NCBI RefSeq assembly: GCF_001598795.1
Contig: NZ_BCZP01000005.1
Coordinates: 180,001 to 212,000, forward strand
Direction of reading: 5' to 3'
Source: Delftia acidovorans NBRC 14950
GTDB taxonomy: Bacteria; Pseudomonadota; Gammaproteobacteria; Burkholderiales; Burkholderiaceae_C
Length of the DNA stretch: 32,000 nt
Positions 9,195 to 18,506 of this stretch are shown piece after piece. The first letter of the stretch is position 1, and each line of letters begins with the position of its first letter. The notes beneath the pieces are model-generated. The model ran no database searches. It saw only the letters and a program-made list of their open reading frames with translations, and had not been told where the DNA came from. The translations under genes and the position numbers were made by a program.

Positions 9195-10301
9195 ATGACC
9201 ACCGCCTTCACGCACCTGTTTAGCCCCCTGCAGCTCGGCCCGCTCAGCCTGCCCAACCGCATGGTGATGGCCCCCATGACGCGCAGCCGCACCAGCCAGC
9301 CAGGCGACGTGCCCAATGCATTGATGGCCACCTACTACGCACAACGCGCCAGCGCCGGCCTGATCGTCTCGGAAGCCACCCAGATCTCCCGCCAGGGCCA
9401 AGGCTACAGCTTCACCCCCGGCATCTATTCAGAGGCGCAGGTGGACGGTTGGCGCCGCGTCACGGACGCGGTGCACGCCGCCGGCGGGCGCATGGTGCTG
9501 CAGCTGTGGCACGTTGGCCGCATGTCGCATGCCAGCTTTCACGCCGATGGCCTGCCGGTCGCGCCTTCGGCGCTGTCGCCCGAAGCCCAGGTCTGGGTGG
9601 TCGGCGACGACGGTGTCGGCCGCATGGTCGACTGCCCCGTACCGCGCGCACTGAGCGCACAGGACATCCAGGACGTGATCGGCGACTTCCGCAGGGGCGC
9701 GGCCAATGCGATGCGTGCCGGTTTCGATGGCGTGGAAATCCACGGCGGCAACGGCTACCTGATCGATCAGTTCCTGCGCACCACCTCCAACCACCGCACC
9801 GACGCCTACGGCGGCGGCATCGCCCAGCGCACGCGCTTCGCCGAAGAGGTCGCGGCCGCCGTGGCGGGCGAGGTCGGGGCCGAGCGCACCGGCATCCGCC
9901 TGGCGCCCTTCATCACGCAGCGCAACATGAACTGCCCGCAGATCATTGAGACCATCCTGCATCTGGCCAGCAGGCTCGACGAGATCGGCCTGGCCTACAT
10001 CCACCTGTCGGAGGCCGATTGGGACGATGCGCCCGAGATTCCGCAGGACTTCCGCCACGCGCTGCGCCGCGCCTACCAGGGCAAGGTGATCGTTGCGGGC
10101 AAGTACGACGCGGAGCGCGCCCAAGCCATCCTGCACGAGGGCCTGGCAGACCTCGTCGCCTTCGGCCGCCCCTTCATTGCCAACCCGGACCTGCCGGCGC
10201 GCTACGCCGCCCAGGCGCCGCTGGCCGCATTCGATCCGAAGGCCCTGTTTGGCGGCGACGCGCGCGGCTACTCGGACTACGCAGCCCTCGCCACTGCCTG
10301 A
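9195..10301 (+). CDS. Old Yellow Enzyme-family NADH:flavin oxidoreductase / alkene (N-ethylmaleimide-type) reductase
   Basis: 368 aa. FSPLQLGPLSLPNRMVMAPMTRSR, QLWHVGR and GFDGVEIHGGNGYLIDQFL are hallmark OYE motifs. Confidence 0.85.
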   Translation: MTTAFTHLFSPLQLGPLSLPNRMVMAPMTRSRTSQPGDVPNALMATYYAQRASAGLIVSEATQISRQGQGYSFTPGIYSEAQVDGWRRVTDAVHAAGGRMVLQLWHVGRMSHASFHADGLPVAPSALSPEAQVWVVGDDGVGRMVDCPVPRALSAQDIQDVIGDFRRGAANAMRAGFDGVEIHGGNGYLIDQFLRTTSNHRTDAYGGGIAQRTRFAEEVAAAVAGEVGAERTGIRLAPFITQRNMNCPQIIETILHLASRLDEIGLAYIHLSEADWDDAPEIPQDFRHALRRAYQGKVIVAGKYDAERAQAILHEGLADLVAFGRPFIANPDLPARYAAQAPLAAFDPKALFGGDARGYSDYAALATA

Positions 10302-10373
10302 AACCCTCCTTGCTCGCCCTCCCTGCTCTCCCTCCTTGCTCTCCCCTCTTCCTCAACCTTTGAAAGCACGACC

Positions 10374-11393
10374 ATGAAAGCCGTTGGATACCAGAAACCC
10401 CAGGCCATCAGCCAACCCGAATCGCTGATCGACATCACCCTGCCCGATCCCGTGGCCACCGGCCGCGACCTGCTGGTCGAAGTCAGGGCCGTGTCCGTCA
10501 ATCCGGTGGACACCAAGGTGCGCGCCAGCGGCGCGCCCGCCGAGGGGCAAACACACAAGGTGCTGGGCTGGGATGCCAGCGGCATCGTCAAGGCCGTGGG
10601 CCCCGAAGTCACGCTGTTCAAGCCGGGCGACCGCGTCTGGTACGCCGGCTCCATTGCGCGCCCTGGCACGAACAGCGAACTGCACCTGGTGGACGAGCGC
10701 ATCGTGGGCCACGCGCCCAGGTCGCTGGACTTCGCACAGGCTGCGGCCCTGCCCCTGACCGCCATCACCGCGTGGGAGATGCTGTTCGACCGCCTGGGCA
10801 TCGCGCCGGGCAAGCACCCCAGCCACAAGACACTGCTCATCATCGGCGCCTCCGGCGGCGTGGGCTCCATCCTCACGCAGCTGGCCACGCGGCTGACCAG
10901 CCTTACCGTCATCGGCACCGCATCGCGGCCCGAGACGCAGGCCTGGGTCAAGGAGCTCGGCGCCCACCACGTGATCGATCACAGCCAGCCGATTGCCGAC
11001 GAACTCAAGCGCATCGGCTTTCCCACGGTGGACCTCATCGTGAGTCTCACGCAGACCGACCTGCACTTCGCACAGATCGTCGAGGCGATCGCGCCCCAGG
11101 GAAAATTCGGCCTGATCGACGATCCCGCGTCGCTGGACATCACCAAGCTCAAGCGCAAGTCGGTGTCGGTGCACTGGGAATTGATGTTCACCCGCGCCCT
11201 GTTCGGCACCGACGACATGATCGGCCAGCACCGCCTGCTCAACGAGGTTGCCGCACTGGTCGATGCCGGCCTGATCCGCACCACGCTGGCCGAGCGCTTC
11301 GGCAGCATCAACGCCGACAACCTCAAGCGCGCCCATGCCCTGATCGAGTCGGGCAAGGCGCGCGGCAAGGTGGTGCTGGAGAACTGGGGCTGA
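10374..11393 (+). CDS. zinc-type alcohol dehydrogenase / quinone oxidoreductase-family (MDR) protein
   Basis: 339 aa. LLVEVRAVSVNPVDTKVR, the GASGGVGS NAD(P)-binding loop and the C-terminal GKVVLE are typical of zeta-crystallin-like MDRs. Confidence 0.8.
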   Translation: MKAVGYQKPQAISQPESLIDITLPDPVATGRDLLVEVRAVSVNPVDTKVRASGAPAEGQTHKVLGWDASGIVKAVGPEVTLFKPGDRVWYAGSIARPGTNSELHLVDERIVGHAPRSLDFAQAAALPLTAITAWEMLFDRLGIAPGKHPSHKTLLIIGASGGVGSILTQLATRLTSLTVIGTASRPETQAWVKELGAHHVIDHSQPIADELKRIGFPTVDLIVSLTQTDLHFAQIVEAIAPQGKFGLIDDPASLDITKLKRKSVSVHWELMFTRALFGTDDMIGQHRLLNEVAALVDAGLIRTTLAERFGSINADNLKRAHALIESGKARGKVVLENWG

Positions 11394-11396
11394 GCC

Positions 11397-11696
11397 ATGA
11401 AGACAGAGACCATTTTCAACCTGGCCATCCTTGAGGCGAAGGCCGGCCAGCAAGACCAGCTGCGCGACGCCCTGCGCGCGCTGGTGCCATTCACCCGGCA
11501 AGAGGCCGGATGCCTGGACTACACGCTGTTCGAGCTGGCGGACAAACCCGGCACCTTCTACATGCGGGAGTCATTCAGGGACCAGGCAGCGCTGGATGCG
11601 CACTTCAGCATGCCGTACTTCAAGGCCTTCGAGAAACGCTTCGACGAACTGCTGGCACGCCCCCTGCAACTGGTGGGCCTGAAGGAAGTGCCCTGA
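11397..11696 (+). CDS. antibiotic-biosynthesis-monooxygenase (ABM) domain protein / putative quinol monooxygenase
   Basis: 99 aa of ferredoxin-like ABM size. The pattern C..Y.L......P..F...E.F.D..A...H....Y is present. It starts 3 nt after the preceding stop, so it is co-operonic. Confidence 0.7.
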   Translation: MKTETIFNLAILEAKAGQQDQLRDALRALVPFTRQEAGCLDYTLFELADKPGTFYMRESFRDQAALDAHFSMPYFKAFEKRFDELLARPLQLVGLKEVP

Positions 11697-11744
11697 CGGG
11701 CGGTAGAGATCCGGGGGGTACGGGTCCGGGCGGTACAGATCCGG
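11697..11744. repeat. 18-bp direct repeat (1 mismatch) with 30-bp period in a convergent intergenic region
   Basis: CGGGCGGTAGAGATCCGG at 11697-11714 and CGGGCGGTACAGATCCGG at 11727-11744. Confidence 0.6.
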
Positions 11745-11751
11745 CCGACGA

Positions 11752-12702
11752 CTAGCGCGCGGCTGCAACGCGCCGCCCCCACGCTGGCGGCAGCGTGGGG
11801 GTTGCCGCCGACAGCTCGTCCCATACGTACTGGGCGGCAAAGCCGTGGTGACGGCTGCGTGAGCGCACCAGGCAGGCTTGCCGGCCCAGATTTCTTTCGG
11901 CCAACGGGACTGCGTCCTGCACATCCAGGCTCATTGCAGCGGCACCGTTGAGCAGCGCAACCATGCCGTTTTCACGGGCGGCATGCACCAGGTCCTCCAG
12001 CGTATCGGACTCCAGATGCACGCCCGGCTTCAGCCCCTGCGCCGCAAAGGCGTTGTCGAGCTGGCGCCGCATGGCGTATTCGCTTGGCAGCAAGGCCAGG
12101 GGGTGGTTCGCGACCTCGCTGAGCTCCAGCAGGCGTCGCCGCCGGCGGGGCTTCAATCCCACGGCCACCACCGGCTCGTCGAAACAGGCCAGGATCTCCA
12201 GATCGGCATGCGGCTCCGGGTCGAAGCTGACGGCGAGATCGAAATCGCCGCGCAACACGCCCTCCACCAAGGCCTGTGCGGTGCGCCTGCGCAATGCGAT
12301 CGCCAGCTGCGGCCACTGCGCCTGGGCACTGCGCACGACGGGCAGTACCCAGCATCCCGCGTAGGACTGCACCAGGCCGATGCGCACCAGGCCCGCCACG
12401 GTGCTCGCACGCGCCTGCACGTCGCGCAGCGCCGCCTGCAGCTCCCTGAGGCAGGCCGACACCCGGCGGTCGAGCTCATGTCCGGAGGCCGTGGCAACGG
12501 CGCGACCGCTCGCACGGTCGAACAGATGCACGTCCAGGGTCGATTCCAGCAAGGCGATCTGCTCCGACAGCGCCGCCTGCGAGATCGAGGCATCGCGCGA
12601 TGCCGCACTGAAGCTGTGCGCCCGCATCGCCGACACGAAGTAGCGCAACTGGCGCAATGAGACGAGATCGAGGGGGTCGCGGCTGCGTGCGGACATGGCC
12701 AT
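11752..12702 (-). CDS. LysR-family transcriptional regulator
   Basis: wHTH LRQLRYFVSAMRAHSFSAASRDASISQAALSEQIALLE. The ATG at 12702 (MAMSARS...) was chosen over the longer track ORF (12774), whose extra 24 aa have no HTH context. Confidence 0.8.
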   Translation of the reverse strand: MAMSARSRDPLDLVSLRQLRYFVSAMRAHSFSAASRDASISQAALSEQIALLESTLDVHLFDRASGRAVATASGHELDRRVSACLRELQAALRDVQARASTVAGLVRIGLVQSYAGCWVLPVVRSAQAQWPQLAIALRRRTAQALVEGVLRGDFDLAVSFDPEPHADLEILACFDEPVVAVGLKPRRRRRLLELSEVANHPLALLPSEYAMRRQLDNAFAAQGLKPGVHLESDTLEDLVHAARENGMVALLNGAAAMSLDVQDAVPLAERNLGRQACLVRSRSRHHGFAAQYVWDELSAATPTLPPAWGRRVAAAR

Positions 12703-12715
12703 CGGATTATCCGAT
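12701..12715. promoter_or_regulatory. palindromic T-N11-A LysR-type box overlapping the LysR start codon
   Basis: ATCGGATTATCCGAT, with perfect dyad ATCGGA/TCCGAT. It lies in the 99-bp divergent region between the LysR gene and the Bug/tautomerase operon. Confidence 0.4.
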
Positions 12716-12801
12716 AGGCGCGGCCAGAAAATGCGAATTGCGAAGAAACAAGGGCCTGCCGACACTACGGCCACGAGACAACTCTGGTCACGAGAGCACC
12801 G

Positions 12802-13782
12802 ATGAAACGACGCAACTTCCTTCAGTACGCCAGCACGGCGACGGCCATTTCAGCCTTGGGCGCAAGCCCCTTGGCGCGCGCGCAGGCATTCCCTTCCAAG
12901 CCCATCCGCATCATCTGCCCCTATCCGGCAGGTGCGACCACCGATGCCGTCTCCCGCCTGATGGCGAATGCCTTGCAGACGGACAGCGGCAGCACGGTGA
13001 TCGTCGACAACCGCAGCGGTGCGGGCGGCAACATCGGCACGGAGGCAGCAGCACGCGCCGAGGCCGACGGCTACACGCTGCTGCTGGGCGCACTCGGCCC
13101 CATGGCCGCGAACCCGGCGCTGTACTCCAGGCTCAACTTCGATCCGGCCAAGGACTTCACACCGCTGGCATGGGCCGCCTCGGTGCCGTTGATCTGGGCC
13201 GTGCATCCCTCCTTCTCGGCGGCCACGGCCAAGGAGGCGCTCGAATGGCTGCGCAAGAACCCGGGCAAGTTCTCCTACGCATCCGCCGGCAACGGCACGC
13301 CGCAGCACCTGGCGGGAGAACTCGTCAAGCGCCAGACCGGCACTTCGATCCTGCACATTCCCTACCGCGGCTCCGCGCCTGCACTCAACGACGTGCTGGG
13401 CGGCACGGTGCAGATGGTGTTCGAAGCCACGCCGGCCATCCTGCAGCATGTGCAAAGCGGGCGCCTGAAGGCGCTGGCGGTGACGTCCGCCAGGCGCATT
13501 CCCGCGCTGCCCGGCGTGCCCACACTCAAGGAATCGGGCGTGGACGCCGAGATCAGCGGCTGGTACGGCTTCCTCGCGCCCGCTGCAATTGCGGCCGACC
13601 GCAAGGCCTGGCTGATCAAGCACATGGGCGCGGCGCTGGCGGCCAAGGCCACGCAGGACAGGTTGGCCGAACTCGGCTCGGTGCCCATCGACAACTCGCC
13701 CCAGGCATTCGCACGCCTGCTGGACAGCGAGCGGACACGCTGGCAGACGCTGATCCGCGAAGTCGGCATCAAGCTCGACTGA
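12802..13782 (+). CDS. Bug-family (TctC-like) tripartite tricarboxylate transporter substrate-binding protein
   Basis: 326 aa with a signal peptide, then FPSKPIRIICPYPAGATTDAVSRLMA and VDNRSGAGGNIG, which are classic Bug motifs. No tctA/tctB genes are nearby. Confidence 0.85.
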   Translation: MKRRNFLQYASTATAISALGASPLARAQAFPSKPIRIICPYPAGATTDAVSRLMANALQTDSGSTVIVDNRSGAGGNIGTEAAARAEADGYTLLLGALGPMAANPALYSRLNFDPAKDFTPLAWAASVPLIWAVHPSFSAATAKEALEWLRKNPGKFSYASAGNGTPQHLAGELVKRQTGTSILHIPYRGSAPALNDVLGGTVQMVFEATPAILQHVQSGRLKALAVTSARRIPALPGVPTLKESGVDAEISGWYGFLAPAAIAADRKAWLIKHMGAALAAKATQDRLAELGSVPIDNSPQAFARLLDSERTRWQTLIREVGIKLD

Positions 13783-13794
13783 AGGCGCCGCCCC

Positions 13795-14214
13795 ATGCCG
13801 CACATCGCCATCGAGGTATCGCCATCCTTGCTCCCGTCGATCCAGTGGGAGCCGGTCCTGCACGCCATGCACCTTGCGCTGGCCGAGCGCGGATGGGCAC
13901 GGCTCGCGGACCTGAAGTCGCGCGTGGCACCCATCGCCGTCGGACTGTGCGGCGAGGACCCCCACGCGCAGCAACTCATCGCCACCCTGACGCTGACCAA
14001 CCCGCGCCCGCCGCAGATGTGCTCGGCCATGGCCGAGGTCGTGTTCGAGCATCTCTCGCGTGCGACTGGTGCGATCGGTGCGATCGGCCCGATCGACGCG
14101 CCCCCGGAGTCAGCGGCGTGGGTGCAGTGCTGCGTTTTCCTGCAGGAGCACCCGAAGTCGCACTACCTCAAGCGGCAATGGAACGCGCCGCCGCCCGCTT
14201 CCTCAACTCCATGA
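13795..14214 (+). CDS. 5-carboxymethyl-2-hydroxymuconate isomerase-like (tautomerase superfamily) protein
   Basis: 139 aa starting MPHIAIEVS. The Met-Pro start gives the Pro-1 expected of tautomerase-superfamily enzymes, and size and layout match CHMI-type subunits. It lies 12 nt after the Bug gene. Confidence 0.55.
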   Translation: MPHIAIEVSPSLLPSIQWEPVLHAMHLALAERGWARLADLKSRVAPIAVGLCGEDPHAQQLIATLTLTNPRPPQMCSAMAEVVFEHLSRATGAIGAIGPIDAPPESAAWVQCCVFLQEHPKSHYLKRQWNAPPPASSTP

Positions 14215-14267
14215 CAACGGGAAAAGCGCCATGTGTTGCGGCTGGCCGCTGATCGCGCGCTGCCGGC

Positions 14268-15602
14268 TCAGGCCGCCAGGCCTGCAGCCAGTTGCCGCAC
14301 GGTCCGGGCACTGGCGCCCTTGCCGGTGATGGCCACCGCAGGAGGGTGGGCCAGCATGCGCTCGAAGACCTTGCGCACTTCCTCGGCACCGATGCCATCG
14401 ATCATCGCCAGCGTCTCGGCCACGGACGTCACGCTGCCATGGGCAAAGAGGTCCTCGACAGCCCGCTCCATGGTGGCGTACGTCCGCTCGCCCGCGCGCA
14501 CCCGCGAGACCGCCAGCTGGTTCTTGGCCCGTTCCAGATGCACGGGGTCGATGCCGGCAGCCTGGGCGCGCAGCAGGCCGCCTGTCGCGGCCACCAGCGC
14601 TTCGAGCTTGTCCGGCGTCGTGACGGCATGCACGATGAAGTTGGCCCAGACGTCACCGCCCTCCATCGCCGCATAGGCCGTATAGGCCAGTCCGAGCCGT
14701 TCACGCACGGTATCGACCAGGGGCGACGACATCCCCTCCCCCAGCAGATGGGCCGCCAGCGAGGCCACGAGACGCGCACGCTGCGGATGCTCGCCCTGCA
14801 ACTGCTCGAACACCAGGGGATAGGCCAGGTTCACGAACACCTGGGACACCTGCGTGAAGCGTTGCGCCAGGGCCTGCCCAACATACTTTGCGGGCTGAGG
14901 GGGCAACGCCACAGCGGAATCGGCCGACGCAGGCATGCCGGCGAACAGCTGCGCCGCCTGCTCCAGCCAGGCCGGCACATCGAAGTTTCCGGCCGCGACG
15001 ACGACGGTCTTTTCTCCCACGTAATGGGACTGCACATGGCGCACCAGATCCTGCCGGGTGAAGCCTTCGATATTGGCCACCGTGCCGATCACCGGCATGC
15101 CCATGGGGTCATCGCCCCAGATGGCGCGGTCCAGCAGATCACCGGCGCTGTCTTCCGGGTCCTCTTCGTACTCGATGGCCTCCTGCCGGATCACCTGCAG
15201 CTCCCTTTGCAGCTCATGCTCGGGAAACACGCTGTTCAGGACGATGTCCGCAATCATTCCCAGCAAGGCCTGCGCATGCCAGCCCAGGCCGGTCATGAAA
15301 TAGCCGGTGATGTCCTTCCCGGTGAAGGCGTTGACCTCCGCGCCCAGCCGCTCCGCATCCAGGTTGATCTCCTGCACGGAACGCGTGTGCGTGCCCTTGA
15401 ACGCCATGTGTTCCAGCACATGGCTGATGCCGTTGCTGGTGGAGGTCTCGTCGCGGGAGCCCACGCGCAGGAACACACCCACGCTGACGCTCTGCAAATG
15501 CGGCATGGGCAGCGCCAGCAGCCGCACTCCGTTCGCAAGAGTGCGCAGGGCCACAGCAGGCCGCTCCAGTTCGGTTGCCGCCAGGGGCTTTTCTTGAATC
15601 AT
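14268..15602 (-). CDS. M16-family zinc metallopeptidase (pitrilysin/insulinase type)
   Basis: 444 aa with the inverted zinc motif HxxEH (HVLEHMAFKG) near the N-terminus and the two-domain M16 length. Confidence 0.85.
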   Translation of the reverse strand: MIQEKPLAATELERPAVALRTLANGVRLLALPMPHLQSVSVGVFLRVGSRDETSTSNGISHVLEHMAFKGTHTRSVQEINLDAERLGAEVNAFTGKDITGYFMTGLGWHAQALLGMIADIVLNSVFPEHELQRELQVIRQEAIEYEEDPEDSAGDLLDRAIWGDDPMGMPVIGTVANIEGFTRQDLVRHVQSHYVGEKTVVVAAGNFDVPAWLEQAAQLFAGMPASADSAVALPPQPAKYVGQALAQRFTQVSQVFVNLAYPLVFEQLQGEHPQRARLVASLAAHLLGEGMSSPLVDTVRERLGLAYTAYAAMEGGDVWANFIVHAVTTPDKLEALVAATGGLLRAQAAGIDPVHLERAKNQLAVSRVRAGERTYATMERAVEDLFAHGSVTSVAETLAMIDGIGAEEVRKVFERMLAHPPAVAITGKGASARTVRQLAAGLAA

Positions 15603-15827
15603 GGGCTATTGTCGTCGCGCTCCAGAGGATGCGCAGGGCAGGTCTCTTCAGCCCTCTTTCGTGCGCCTGTGATCAAAGCTGCGGGGAGCTCGGCCGCAGC
15701 CCATGCGCCACCAGCAGACAGCATGGCGGACAAGGTCTGGGACCCTGCGCGTTACCCCTCAAACTAGCTGGATCTCTGTCGCCAGGCACGATGGAACCAT
15801 TTCTCATTTCCATACAAACAAACAAAC

Positions 15828-16259
15828 ATGCTGACCATTGATTTCGATGACTTCAAATTCGATATCGTGCCGACTTCTCGTTCCATCGAGGAAGATGGCG
15901 TCCCTTATCGGGACTGGTTGACTCTCAATGTAAAAATCACGGACGGTAATTTTTCGGGCAGTGTTCAGTGGTTGACAATGCCAGCAGAAATCAAAAAATT
16001 CCAGCAAGACCTTTCACAGGCCTATGAGTCATTGGTAGCGGGCAATTTTGATATTGAACCTGTCCAACTCTCGGGGATCGAGCCTCAATTTCTGCTTGCC
16101 ATCGGGGTGGCGAACGCATGGGGCCACCTGTTCGCGCAATACACCATGAAGGACTCCCCGGACGGCCCCGAGCTCAAAGGCTCGTTCGGATTGGATCAGA
16201 GCTTCCTTCCCGAATGGATTCGTGATCTGGATGAATTGCTGGAATTCCGCAGCCTTTAA
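15828..16259 (+). CDS. hypothetical acidic protein in a low-G+C islet (possibly a small immunity-type protein)
   Basis: A 143-aa ORF, the only substantial ORF in the ~49% G+C stretch. About 24 D/E versus about 10 K/R. No catalytic motif, signal peptide or TM segment. No Shine-Dalgarno; the leader is (CAAA)3. The family assignment is only a recollection-level resemblance. Confidence 0.5.
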   Translation: MLTIDFDDFKFDIVPTSRSIEEDGVPYRDWLTLNVKITDGNFSGSVQWLTMPAEIKKFQQDLSQAYESLVAGNFDIEPVQLSGIEPQFLLAIGVANAWGHLFAQYTMKDSPDGPELKGSFGLDQSFLPEWIRDLDELLEFRSL

Positions 16260-16349
16260 TAGTCGATAGCACAATTTGCCCAGAGCTCAGCACAATCACA
16301 AAATTTAATGCATTGGGCCCAGATAATTCCAGCCTTGCCAAAGTCAGAA

Positions 16350-16378
16350 ACAAAAAAGCCCGCATTGATGCGGGCTTG
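16350..16378 (-). terminator. rho-independent terminator of guaA
   Basis: On the minus strand, AGCCCGCA-TCAA-TGCGGGCT (8-bp stem) is followed by TTTTTTG, about 50 nt downstream of the guaA stop. Confidence 0.7.
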
Positions 16379-16424
16379 AGGTGGAAACACTGCCAGACAG
16401 TTCCAGCAGTTTCCTATTGCGCAA

Positions 16425-18041
<1,617 letters not shown>

Positions 18042-18071
18042 GGTCATCTCAGGCAAAGGTGATGGGAGGGA

Positions 18072-18506
18072 TCAAAAATCTTCAGGGGCCAGCAGCGCCA
18101 GCCCGCGCTTGCGGGCGGCGGCGGCCTGGGCCGCGTCAAAGGTGGCCAGCGGCAGGCGCAGCGACTGCGCCAGCCACAGGTAGGCCGCGTCATAGACCGG
18201 CAGGCGGGTGTCCAGCGCCACGTCGAGCACGGCCTTGTGCTGGGCGGGCGCCAGCTCGTGCAGTTCCACGCGGTGGCGGATGGCCTCGAGCACGCCCCAC
18301 AGGCCTTCGACCGAGCTGTGCGGAATGCGGCCGCCGTGCACGCCCGAGGCGATCAGGTTGCCGCACTCCCACTGCCAGAGGTTGGGCGCCTGCGGGTCCA
18401 CTTCGTGGCGTCGGATTCGGGTGTACAGGCGCTGGGTGTGCACGCTGGCGGCATCGGGCAGCAGCCAGGCGGCGGTGACGGAGGCATCGAGCACGAAGGA
18501 GGTCAT
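18072..18506 (-). CDS. vapC: type II toxin-antitoxin system VapC-family PIN-domain toxin
   Basis: 144 aa. The four PIN acidic residues are identifiable (D7 in FVLDASV, E47, D106 in VYDAAYL, D124 in TFDAA). Its ATG overlaps the antitoxin stop (ATGA, 18503-18506). Confidence 0.85.
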   Translation of the reverse strand: MTSFVLDASVTAAWLLPDAASVHTQRLYTRIRRHEVDPQAPNLWQWECGNLIASGVHGGRIPHSSVEGLWGVLEAIRHRVELHELAPAQHKAVLDVALDTRLPVYDAAYLWLAQSLRLPLATFDAAQAAAARKRGLALLAPEDF

